This document shows, one piece after another, positions 40,301 through 52,300 of a stretch of DNA of 64,000 nt; positions within the stretch are counted from its first letter, which is position 1, and every line of letters starts with the position of its first letter. The DNA is from Podarcis tiliguerta (Eukaryota). The stretch is from the NCBI GenBank assembly GCA_965153285.1, contig OZ229110.1. One strand, 5' to 3'. The notes under the pieces are model-generated. The model was given only the letters and a program-made list of their open reading frames with translations, was not told the DNA's origin and did not search any database. The translations under genes and the position numbers were made by a program.

Positions 40301-43300
40301 TCAACTTGCTACTGGACAATTTTTTAAATTTTATATGTTTTTTATATTTCGACTGCATCAGACCAACACGGCTACCTACCTGAATCCAGCATATTTCACT
40401 TACTGCAACAAGCACTTAAGATCTGTGTAATTACAAAGACTGTAACAACACTGAATATTATATGCAGCGTCACACTGAATAATCCTACAATTTATAATCT
40501 GCATGTAAGTGTAAATCCCCAGATATGGAAATTTGAGAGATGCCATTCCTTTTAAAATTAAATATATGTGCCTCAAATCTGCAAGGAAGAGTTACATATG
40601 GAAGATTGCATTTTGTGTCTTCATCTGTATCCCCAATGGAATACTTATTTGAGCCACAGTGAATGTTTGTGTCTTTTGCAGCATATGGGGATGTGGTTCC
40701 CTGTTCAGACACCACTAGTTATTACATGCAATTAGTTGCAGTTTATTTGAATTGGATAAGGGCCATAGAAGATTCACACTTGATTGAATTTGTACAGAAA
40801 AACTGAGCCAGACTTTCATACTCAGTGCAAACTGCAGAATGTGCCTCCAAAATTTGAGCCTTATGGTTGAAATCCAACTTCTGCGACATTTGGAATCCAA
40901 GATAGACAAAAAGAAGAAGTTCAAATCAGATTTGTACCTTTTTTCAAATCTGCCTCAGCCCTATAAATAAGATTTATCTCTCCTTGTCATCCATAATTAA
41001 AAATGATGAATGAAAATGAACAGGAGGCTCATTATACAAGCAACTTAAGGCTGTACATTAAAAATACAAAATTGGCAAGAGCAGAACTGAGGAAAGGAAG
41101 CACTTTTCTAGAGCACAGAAAATGATGCTGGCTGATGGAAATCACCACCTTAAGGCAATATCAAAGTCTGGGCATGGTAAGATTTGGAAAGTGATTGTGA
41201 GAACAACAATGCCATTTGCTAAAACAACTGATGCCGTGTAACTGAAGGAATAAAATACATGCTTATACTCCAGAGATAAAATCTATTTTACAGTCTGTGT
41301 GCAGTGGGTATCTTTAATACTACTTAATACAAACTTCATGGGCCTTCTATCTTGGCAACAGGACCGTGGGCTGTATAAAAGACATACCATAATATCTAAC
41401 GATGCTGCTATTCTCCATAGCACCAGTCTCTCCATCACTATACTACTCTTACTTACCTCCTGTTTGCTGCAACAAGATCTCTGCTGGGTTGTGAGGTTTT
41501 AGGCCCAGTGCTGAAAGCGGAGTTTTAGCCAGTCCTGGTGGAGAGCGCACTGTTGTCAAAAATACAGAGAGCGAAAGAAATGCATCAACAAAACAGAACA
41601 TAAAAGGGTGGATTAAATGTAAAGGAGAAGAAATCCAGGCATTTCCAGGTTTGTTTTTAAATACCAGTTTATAGCTAAACAGGGTTGAAACTGAATCCTA
41701 GCTATATACATGTATGGCTGGAAATACTCGGGGTGATTGGTGTGCTGAAACCACAGGAATGTAGCTGCCAGTAGCAGGCTCCCCATCTCAGACAGCTTCT
41801 CCGTTGAGAAGAGACAAAGATTGCCCTCTCTTCAGTAGTGTGTGATTTCTTAAGGCAAGTGGAGCAGTGGATCTACAAAATGGAAGGCTGAGGCACTTAG
41901 GGCTCCATCCAGGCTTGCACTTGTCCCATGCCTAGAAAAGCATGGGTCTGAGCATTTCCCCCCTTGCCTCACCACTTTCCCCCAGAAAACCCATTCTTTA
42001 GTGAAAAATCAGAGGAAACGTCAATCCAGAGAAAACCTGGTTGATGTTTGCTCTGATTCAGTGGCAAAGACTGGGTTTCCTCAGTGGAAAGCTTGGCAAG
42101 CTCTTCCAACAATGTTAACTCTCAAAGGTTTGCATGTAGCTGAGAGGACTCTTCTACACCATCCCCAAACAGGACCATCTGTTAGAGCAGACATAGGTAA
42201 ACTCGGCCCTCCAGATGTTTTGGGACTACAACTCCCATCATCCCTAGCTAACAGGACCAGTGGTCAGGGATGATGGGAGTTGCAGTCCCAAAACATCTGG
42301 AGGACCGAGTTTGCCTATGCCTTTGCTGGAGCTACAGCAACTCTACAGCCAACTCTAACACCTTGCTATGTGTTTGCACCAAACTACTAAACTCAGCACT
42401 AGTCAAAGACATTTGTTATCTCTCAAGTTATTAATGTGCCCAGCATTGACTACAGTTAATATGTGTGTGGCAAGCAAGGTTGGCTGTTGTTGTTTTAAGT
42501 AGCTTTTGTGGACAACTTACTTCACACTGATAATGTTTTCAGCAGGTCCGATCCATATTTCAAGAAAATCGTGCCCCCAGCTTCTCCAGCTTAAATCTTG
42601 GCCTGACATTTAGCCTATTAAGTTTGCTCCAGTAGCAAGGAGATAACTACAGATGTGTATTCAGATGCTGTACTGAGCCTGTGATGAAGCAGCAACCAAA
42701 GTCCCACTAGCAAGGAATTAGGTGCTTATGTTACATAGCAGGACTGGAGGACTGGTAACTGTCTCTGGAATGCATCTGATAATTTCACGGGACCGTGATC
42801 TTTCTGCCTCTTTTCTTCTTTGTGGAACATCCCTTAGAAAATATCTACAGGGATGACATATCCACGTTTCCATCTCCCTCTTTTCTTCAATAAATCATCA
42901 CCATCCTTCCCATTTATGGCTTTTTGTGAGAGTATAGGGTTAGTGCAGAAACTGAAACATAGCAACTTCCCATTTTCTCTTTACAAGCCCAAGAGAACAA
43001 CCCAATAGAGAGAACCTTGGTAGCAAATGACCGCAGCATCCCCATCCCATTACCAGGATGTCTGAAGAACAGCAATGAATGAATAGATAATGTATGTCAT
43101 CTTATGTCAGAGCTTTTGCCACAAGGTAGAGATGGCATCTGCAAAGATCGTGATCATGAGACAAGAAGGATTCGAAACATTGCATACGAATGGCATTGTA
43201 TATCACAAATAACATACATCATATATGTAGATGCCTATATGTATAACTTGCATATCAACAAAGCATTGGAATGACTGCATCCACATATATCTCGTTTTAT

Positions 43301-46300
43301 ATCTACCCAATCAAAAAGGAGAACAACATTTAGGATAGCCATGCATATATACACTTAATATATATATGTATACAGCAAGCAGCAATGGATGTAGATGTAT
43401 ACGTGAGATGTGTTCCAAACAGCAAGTCTCACAAAAACTCCAATGTGGGTTTTCCTCCTCTTTCAGTGTACTGCTATCATTGCTAGTGATATCATATTTC
43501 ACCAGCTCCAAACAATTCAGGCTTTCTAACTTGAAACTCAAGTTCTCTTGCACAGTGGGCGTACACAGACAAATGAAGTACTATATTGTCCATTAAGGAA
43601 AAATTCAACACATTCTCCATTACTTGCATTGCAATCCTCTGACTTACAGCTTCAGATGGGCACCCTTGCCGGGGACACAGCAGGAGGAGGGAGGGAGGGA
43701 GGCAGGAGCATTAAAGGAAAGCCAGTTACCAAGAGCATATATTTCATCATGGATTAGCTAGGCTGGCTAGGATTAATGGCTCAGTACCAATGAGTGACTG
43801 GGAAACAAGCAATTCCAAAAGCAGCTAGTCCATGTCTGGAATATCATATAGCTCAGTGCTCTACCTGCATCCTCAAGAGCCTGTACAGCAGGCTCTTTGT
43901 GGGCTTTGCTGATAGCACCTCAAGTGCCTTGTTCAGCTTGCTAGCAAAGATGACAGGCATTGTTACCAAATCTGTTCACATAGTGGATCTGTAGCTGTTC
44001 TGTAGGAGAAAGCTATAGAGTCACATGCTTGACTATAGAGATACCTTCAGCCCTCTAAGAATATGTAGCAGATCAAGTCTATGGAAGGCTTTTGAAATGT
44101 CATTCTGGCTCAACAGAACCAGAATGAATGTGCAAGTCACAGCATGTCTGTACATGTGAAGCAAGAGTCAGTCATGATGAAGGCTGTAATCCCATGCACA
44201 TTTATTTGGGAGTAAATCCTTCTGAAATCACTATGAATTACTTCTGAGTGAATATGTATGGGATTGAGCTGTGTGCTCCCACGAAATCAATGGGATGGCA
44301 TTTAGTCATGGCTAAATTGTGTTAATTGCGCTTGTATTATGCAACTGAAAGTACAAAAATGTCCCTGGCAGTGGTCTCCCAAGACACTTTCTGCACCGAC
44401 AGTGAGGTCCTTACCAAGCACATTATATTTAGCCAAGACAGGATTGTGAAGATTTGAAGTAGTTTTCATCTAACCCTTGAAACAAGCACATTGAGGATGT
44501 GGCCTTTAAATATTAACATCAATGAATGAGGCTCAGCTGAAACTTGGAGGATTCTATTTTACCTATTCTTTGGGGACCTATATTAAGCTACTTCTTGCTG
44601 TTATTGCTCAGGATCTCATTCACCTTAGTTTTCCATAAACATATCTGTCACAATTCACTCTGCATTGGGAAGAAGAGCAGTGTGGATGTATTTTTAAAGG
44701 TCCTGCTAAAAAATCTATGAATGATAACTGACAGTAGATATTAATAACTGAGGTGCTAATAAGTGGGAGTACCAGTTCTGTTCTGAAATAAGAGCCAGTC
44801 TCTTCTGGAAGCAACAGTGATGCTTCCAGTTTGGAATCAGAATGTTCTGAAAATTTTGGGTCTGCTACTTTTGAGATTTTTGCTGTTTCCCAGCTTCTCA
44901 CTGGCCCATTGCTGTTGGTATGCACTTAGCCATGTTAGCACTGCCAGATGAAATATTGGCAGAACTGTTCAAAGCTAAATTAATTACATTTAAAAACCCA
45001 CCACCAAATTATCAAGGGGTTAGTCATTCAGAGGCATGCTTGACTAGAAAAGTAAGGAAGACAGAGCATGCAAGAGGAAGTTAAAGACCAGGTTTTCACC
45101 CACAGCCTCAGAAGCTGAGCTACCACAGAAATCTCAAGGCATCTGTGGATTATAAGGCCTGGGCATACAACAACAGTATCCATGGCATAAACAGACCAGA
45201 TGTGCCTGGACTCATTTTACACAATTATACTTCTAATATTTTGCTTGTGCTTCATAAGTACAGTCGTACCTTGGAAGTTGAACAGAATCCATTCCAGAAA
45301 TCTGTTCGATTTCCAGAACGTTCAGAAACCCAAGCGCGGCTTTTGATTGGCTGCAGGAAGCTTTTTTGTTTGTTTGTTTTTTTGCTGACAGCACAGATCA
45401 GCTGCAAACAGCTTTCGATTGGTTACAAATGGATGTCAAAGAGTCTCACTGTAACTCTGAAGACACACTTTCAGTCCCCATTAGCCCCTTCAAACTCTGA
45501 CAGATCTAAACACACACATACCTACATTGAAACACACGTAAATTTGCAGCTAGATTTACCTCTTCCACTGAAGAGCTACAGACCAAAGAGTACATGCACC
45601 TCTTTGGCCTTTGGTTCCCTTAGCTTTGGATTAAAAAGGCACATTTGCACCTATTAGTGCAATGGAATCCCTGCTGGTGTGGGCTTTTGCTATTGTCCTC
45701 AATTTCCATTTCTTTCTTAAAATGGCGAAGACTACATTTAAAAAAAGAAAGAAAGAAAGAGAAGCAAATCTACATGTTGTTCACTTTCATTTGAGAACTG
45801 AAGGAGGGACAGGTGTGCAACGCAGCAAATGCCCTAAAAGCTGTATCTTTGTAGAATGGAAACCACTCATTCCTCATTTGGTGTGGGCGTGTGCACATAT
45901 GTACACACCGATGGAATAAGTTGTGGCCTCTGCAGCATATGTACTCTGTGTATTAAATGTATACCCTGTCCTTCCTTACAAAACTGCCCAGAAGGGAGTG
46001 GGAGCTATCATTCGTTAAATTTGTATCTGAACTTTCTACCCAATACCAGGGTTGGGGACTTCTTTCAGTCCAGGGACTGCATTCCCTTGTAACTGCTTAG
46101 GGGGAGGGGCATATGCCAGGGTTGGGCCAAAGCTATATACACAAATACACACCCCATTCACAGTGATCTACATATGCATGCCCCATTCATACCCACCCAC
46201 TTATCCCCACACTATTCCCATTCACACACTTGCACCTCCATTCATACGCATACCCCTCCACAATTCGATTCACACGTATCCATACATCCTGCTCACATTT

Positions 46301-49300
46301 CATTTTGGGATGCTGAGAAATGAGCTTCCTTTTTCTCAGCTCAGAAATGCAGCAAGCTGCTAGTGGAAGCAGTGGGACTCTGTAGCCGTTGCATCTCTTC
46401 CCTCATTGCTCCCTTGTTCCTCAGCGTTTTAGGGAGGGGAGTGGGATAGGAGAGATTAGAGAAAACGAGGTTTGAACCTCCCTGCAATCTCCCACCTCCT
46501 TTGCCACCACTCAGCTGACTGGCAGAAGCAGCTGAGCAATGGGAGAAATGTAGCTGCACAGGAGAGGTCAGCAGGGCAGATGGAGAGGCCAAGGGGCTGC
46601 ATCCAGCTCATAGGTCCTGCTTTAAATGACACACATCAGTTTTGAAAGATTTTGTGCGCTGCAGTATCTGGTCCCAATTTACAACCATCAGTTTTTGTCA
46701 GTGCAAACAGAAGGCAGAACAAACTTGCAAAGGGCCTTGAATGCTGGGCGTTTGGGATGGAAGAACAGTGGACCTTTCCATGCAAAAGAGCTGACACATC
46801 CCTCCATCTGTTCTGTATAAGCCCATGTCCTGTTGTGGAGGTATTTCAAGGGTGTCTTTAGGGCTTGGGTTAATTTTTATTTCCTCCCACCTGCAGAAAA
46901 CAGCTGCCTCTCTCTCCCTCTCCCATAAAGAGAGGAAGCCACATAAAAATTGCCTAAAGTGGGATCTGTGTGCCAAAAACCTAAACTTTAAATTCTTCTC
47001 CTTTGGGACATTCCACAGCTCAGCTCAGGTGTTAGGCATAACCAGGACTGTTTGCCTTTTCTAACCCATCAACTTTGGCAGATTTGGGGTATTGTTTTTC
47101 TGTCTAGAAAAGCAGTTAATAGTGCTGAAACTGACTGACACATGTGATAGGCAGGTTTATAGGTACAGTATGTGATTCCGCCCCCCTTAAAAAAATTTTT
47201 TAAAAAAATCCCTGGAACATTACACTGGTCAGAGTATTCCTGAATGATCAGACCAAAGGAATTTCTCCAGCTTATGCACCAGGGCTTGCAGATATGTTTT
47301 TAATTGTCAGCCAGGGAAATGTAATTACTAATTTAAGTCCATGATCCTGCCAGATGCTTCACAGAATGGGGAATTCTTCATTCATAATAACAAGAACCTG
47401 AACTTATGTACCATCTAGAATTTATGAACTGGGAATCTTCACAGTGTGGTATAAAATTCCCTCAGCAGGGAAGCAAATTTGCCTATGTAAGTGTTTTCAT
47501 AGAGGTTCATAAATCATGTCATTGTTATAAGTGCATTACATAACTCATATACATAACTACTAAGTGTTGCTGATGGATATGGGGAAACTACTGTCAGGAC
47601 CATGTGACATTCTTGTTAATCCAACTTTGTGTATTTGTCCATGCTATGGAGAGCAAGGCTAATTTAACTTTTCCCCCTTGGCATCTAGGAAGGCAAATAT
47701 TGTGTACCAAAAACATTGGATGGGTTTCTCTAAAATAGGCCTGCAGAATGGATGACCTACATAGCCAAGTAAACCCACCAGGCATATGCTGTGGTTTAAC
47801 AAGCCACACCCAACTCCAATCCTGCAATCGCTGGTTGACAGCAAGAACAGAAGTATTATCAAGCCCCAAGTAGGCTGCCCTACATGGAAATGGGGCTTCA
47901 CTTAGCAGGCTATAAGTTGTGCAGTTCTGTGATCTTAACTGCAGAACTTTTATACAATAATAACAGAGCCTTGTCTTCAAAATCTTCAAACAGTCTTCAA
48001 GGAGCTGCAAGGCTCTTTGCTGTTTTTGCTGTAACTAGCTAGCACAGTCAACACTTTGGAAATTTATGAACAATTGTGAACCTCCATGTCTGGTGGACAA
48101 TGAGAAGGAGAGTGTAGAAGACAGCACAGGGCTCTGCTGCTATGGTTTATGCTGACATTCAGAAATTGTGGCTCCTCTTCACCACTTGCTGGTAGCTAAT
48201 GGCTCTAACCATAATCGATCCCCCCCCCCCAAGTGTTGCAAAACTTTGCTGTTGTGATGATAATTATCATGGACGAATGCATACTTATTGGTGACACTGT
48301 GGGAAATTTACAGCAAGCAGAGATGAAAGGTGATGGGGGAAGAAGCCAAGACTGGCAGACAGAGAGAAACGAGAAAGTGAAGGGGTGATTAAAATGGTGG
48401 TGGGTGTTGGGAAGCTGAGAACGGTTTGACTGACTGCCTCTTAAGTCTGGCTTTGCCCAAGCCACCCACCAATGCCCCCCTCTCCCGTCCCCTGCCATGG
48501 AACTTACGTAGGTTACTGTAAGGGGTTTGTGGTGAGACAGGGAAGGCAGGGGTTGGGGGAGAGGTCTCACCACCACTGGAAGGTGGACTGCTTGGAGAGG
48601 TCCCCTGCATCTCTTCAAAGGCCTCTTTGTAACTGTGGAGATGGGGCTGTAAAAAAGGGAAAGTAGAATCAGTTATCAAAATTCAGGACCTTCCTGACCT
48701 CTCCCCCACAGATTGGGGCAGGAGAAATGCCTGCCTTCTCTTTGCCAGATGCTTCCCCCGTCTCCCGCCTGGTCTGGTTGCAATTTTAAACTGCTTGCTC
48801 CTATGCTTCCTTTTCTTGCCTTTATGTCCCTTTCTCCCGCTCCTAATTTCAGAAAACATTCTGCTTCCATAGTTGGCTTCCGTTCCCCATACTGTCAGAA
48901 ACAGCTCCTACAGATGACCCGTTAACTGAGCATTCACAATAATTTGCTTTACTGAATATTCATTCTGATTAATTTGCATCTTCCTGTCCGTCATTCATCC
49001 CACATTTTCAGTGCATTTCCCTGTCATTTTCCTAATTGCAAAAGTCCATTCCAAAAATTAAAAAGTGGATTTGTGGCACTAGAGCAACAGAGAACTTTCA
49101 TCCACTTTGATTGCACAAGCCTAAATTTCCAGCATGCACTTGAATCTGTCCCGGAATATAGGGACGGTCCAGAGGCTTCCAGCAAGTGACCAGAATAGGA
49201 GGGACTGATGGTGGCTCTTCCCAGTTTCAGCAACACAGGTTGCAACTGGTATTCCATCATGTTGGACATGAGAACAACCATGGACATTTCTGAGTCCCAA

Positions 49301-52300
49301 ACCATTGCAACCTCTTCCAAAACTGAAGAAGCAATTTCCACCCAAGGAATACTTAGGGAGGCCTACTAATACATGTGCCATTTACCTAATCCATTCTACA
49401 TCCAAATTAAATTCATTGCCCTTCCCAACCCTGGCCCTTCCCTACCTACTATCAAGCGCTGGGGTCAAAGAGACATATATCCCCTTCTGTGTTTCCATGC
49501 ATGCAAGCAGCAAGGTCAGAAGGGAAAATAGTGTTTTAATAAGAATAAGAAAAAGAAAAGCACCTCCTTGGGCCTTCCTCCAGGGTTGGCAGCGATGGTG
49601 CTAACCACCTCCGGTGAGACACAGTGAACTGGAGAACGAACTGTGGGGCTTCGTGGTGAACTAGGATCCTGGGGACTGTTCTCATACTGGCCTTCACTGG
49701 TGGTACGTCTCCGTACAGGGGCTTCGGCTTCTTCTGGTGACTTCTCCCGTGGCGACTGTACTCCTGAAAGTTCAATTGCACTGTGAGAAAAGTGGTGTTC
49801 CAAGCACAGGAAGAGCTTCAATACATTTAGAAAGTCTTTATGAGCCAATATTCAGATCTTTGGGCTGTGTCTTGGCTTTGGAAAGAAACTGAGTCAATTA
49901 ATCAGGAGAGGGGAAATGGGCAAATCCATCACTTTCCACCAGCAGATTATAGTGAAAACCAAACCAAACCCAACAAGCACAACTCAAAATTGTGACAACC
50001 CGGTTCATACATTTAAAAATCCCTGCATAATGAAGCAGCTGCATTGGAGAAAGCATAGAGTTCATGCTGAAGCCAAAAATCCCCAAGATGCCCTGTTCAT
50101 TTCCTTCCTCGCCTCCTGAGCTGGGCTTCTGGAGGATAAGACGTTGGTGTGGATGCCCTGCATCGTATTTTACTTCTCTTACCTGGCTGTAACAGGTGTG
50201 TGCATGTGATCTGTGTGTAGGATTTATTAACATGAACCAAAGTGCTGATTTACGTAGGGTGTACTTAGAGCAGGCAAACTTAACAGCCTGATTACTTTTT
50301 TTCCTTTCTTTTCCATTTTTGGTGATCAGCTTCCATTCACCTAATATTACCACATATTCTTAGGCAACGTAAGACATCTTCACCACAGTAATATATTCCC
50401 CTCCTTGTCTTCAGGCCTTCCTCCTTCTCCCTGCTCCAACATTTCCATACAATGACCCAGGAAGCAGTTGGCAGGAGAAGGCAGATAAAGGTCAAGAGAA
50501 AAGCCAGCTCAAGGAATTGGAAGGGATCCTTGTATACCATCCTTTCTATACCGCACTGAGCCAGAAGCAGGGTGTGTGTGCTGGGGGCGGGGATAGATCC
50601 AGGAGACTCAAGCAACTGAGCAAAGCCACACACTGAAGGGGAAAGGAAGGCCACTGGCTAACGTAGCCCAGAAAAGAAATTGAAAGCTGCTTGCTATTCT
50701 TGTCCTCTTCAACTTTCAGAGTCAATCTAAGGCAACAGAGAGGAAAGTTCAAGTCTCTGAAGATACATGCTTTGTGTGTGGTGCAGTGGTTAGAGCACTG
50801 GGCTAGAACCTGGGAGACCAGGGTTCAAATCTCCACTTAGCCTTGAGGCTTGGTGGGTGAGTGGCAGTTTCTCAGCCTAACCTACCTCACAGGGTTGTTG
50901 TAAATTAGGAGGAGAACCATGTATGATACCCTGAGCTCCTGGGAAGAAAGGTAGGGTATAAATGTAACAATAAATAATAATTTAATTGGCTCTTATTCCC
51001 CCTAACAGTATACACTCCCTGGATTAATTATGGGAAATGTTGATTGATATGGGTGCTGATAAATTTCTCTTACTGGTCTGTAGGGTGCGCACACACACAC
51101 ACACACACCCATCCCTAGACTATTAAACTTGTTTATGAATGTGATGCTGCCAAAAATTGGAACGGAAGGTTCAGAGTGCAAACTTCCCTAATTTGGAACT
51201 TCTGAACTAATCGCAAACATTTCCACACTTTGGGCTTGGCCTACAATGAGCTTTGCTCTGGCTGCCACCACTATAGGCCTCTCCCCTTTCCTGCTGAAAC
51301 TTACTTGTTAGCAGCAGCATAGAGAAGACTTGCTGCTGCAGCCATTATTGGGCCCTGGAGCACGGCAGCAGCATTGGGGGTGCCAAGACACCTGGGAAAT
51401 GTAGTTCTGTTACTGAGAAGCCCAAGCAAAGCTCAGGTAATTGTTGCTGCAACCTTTTAAAGCCTATTCAAGGTTGCTGCAGTGGTTACTGCAACAACGG
51501 GGGGGGGGCTCGTTGGGAGATCTTCAGGCTTCACTGAGTTCCCAATGATTAGGGATGGGCAAATCTGCCAATTTTGCTTCCTCTCAGTTTCTCATTTATC
51601 CAGGCTTGACATCAAGTTCTCCACCTTTCCATGCCAATTTGTGATTATTATTATTATTTAAGTCCTCATGTAGATTCATCAGCACTTTAGGGTGAATTTC
51701 TCCTCTTACACACTTTTTTTTTTTTGGTAAAGCAATTTATCCTGAAATTATGCATTCCGTATGTTACTTTCCACTAATATATGCACTTATATGCACACTT
51801 TGCATTAGTATGTGCATTTTTGTACACATTACTTGGCAGGAGAAGCACACTGCAAAATTCAGAGAAGTGCAGATTTCAAAATACGTTTGTGTTTCGCTTT
51901 GTGCATTGTTTTGAAAATTGTGAACTGAATCAAATTTCTTTCCCATCCCTACCAATGACATCACTGGGACTGCAAGAAGACTCAGAACTGTGACTGGGCT
52001 ATAGCTAAGAATGAGATCAGCTTGGGCCTGTTCTAATCAAATCCAAATTAGTTTGTTTTAGGTGAGCCTGCTCCAAACTGAGATTGAAGTCTGTGGTACA
52101 GATAAACACCTTAAGATGTCTAGCGGTGCAGATGTGCCCTGATGTCAACCTGAGTCTCTGATTTCAACTGATGCATAACAATGAAATCCTGAAAGTCATC
52201 TGCAACAATGGATTTTGTTAACATGAAAACTTTGTAGCTGGGAACAGCACCTGCAACATTTCAAATGGTGCCCTGCAGCTGTGAAACGAAACAGCAGTGC

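Noticed and set aside
40938-40960. Possible micro-exon (ATAG|GGCTGAGG...AAAG|GTACAA)
   Set aside because: It is 23 nt, contains an in-frame TGA and has a weak acceptor.
42188-42323. Long hairpin as a pre-miRNA
   Set aside because: It is explained by a multi-copy palindromic MITE with a TSD; there is no evidence of processing.
50183-50210. Possible 28-nt exon with a strong donor CAG|GTAAGA
   Set aside because: The polypyrimidine tract is poor, the length shifts the frame, and nearby ATGs are out of frame with the next exon.
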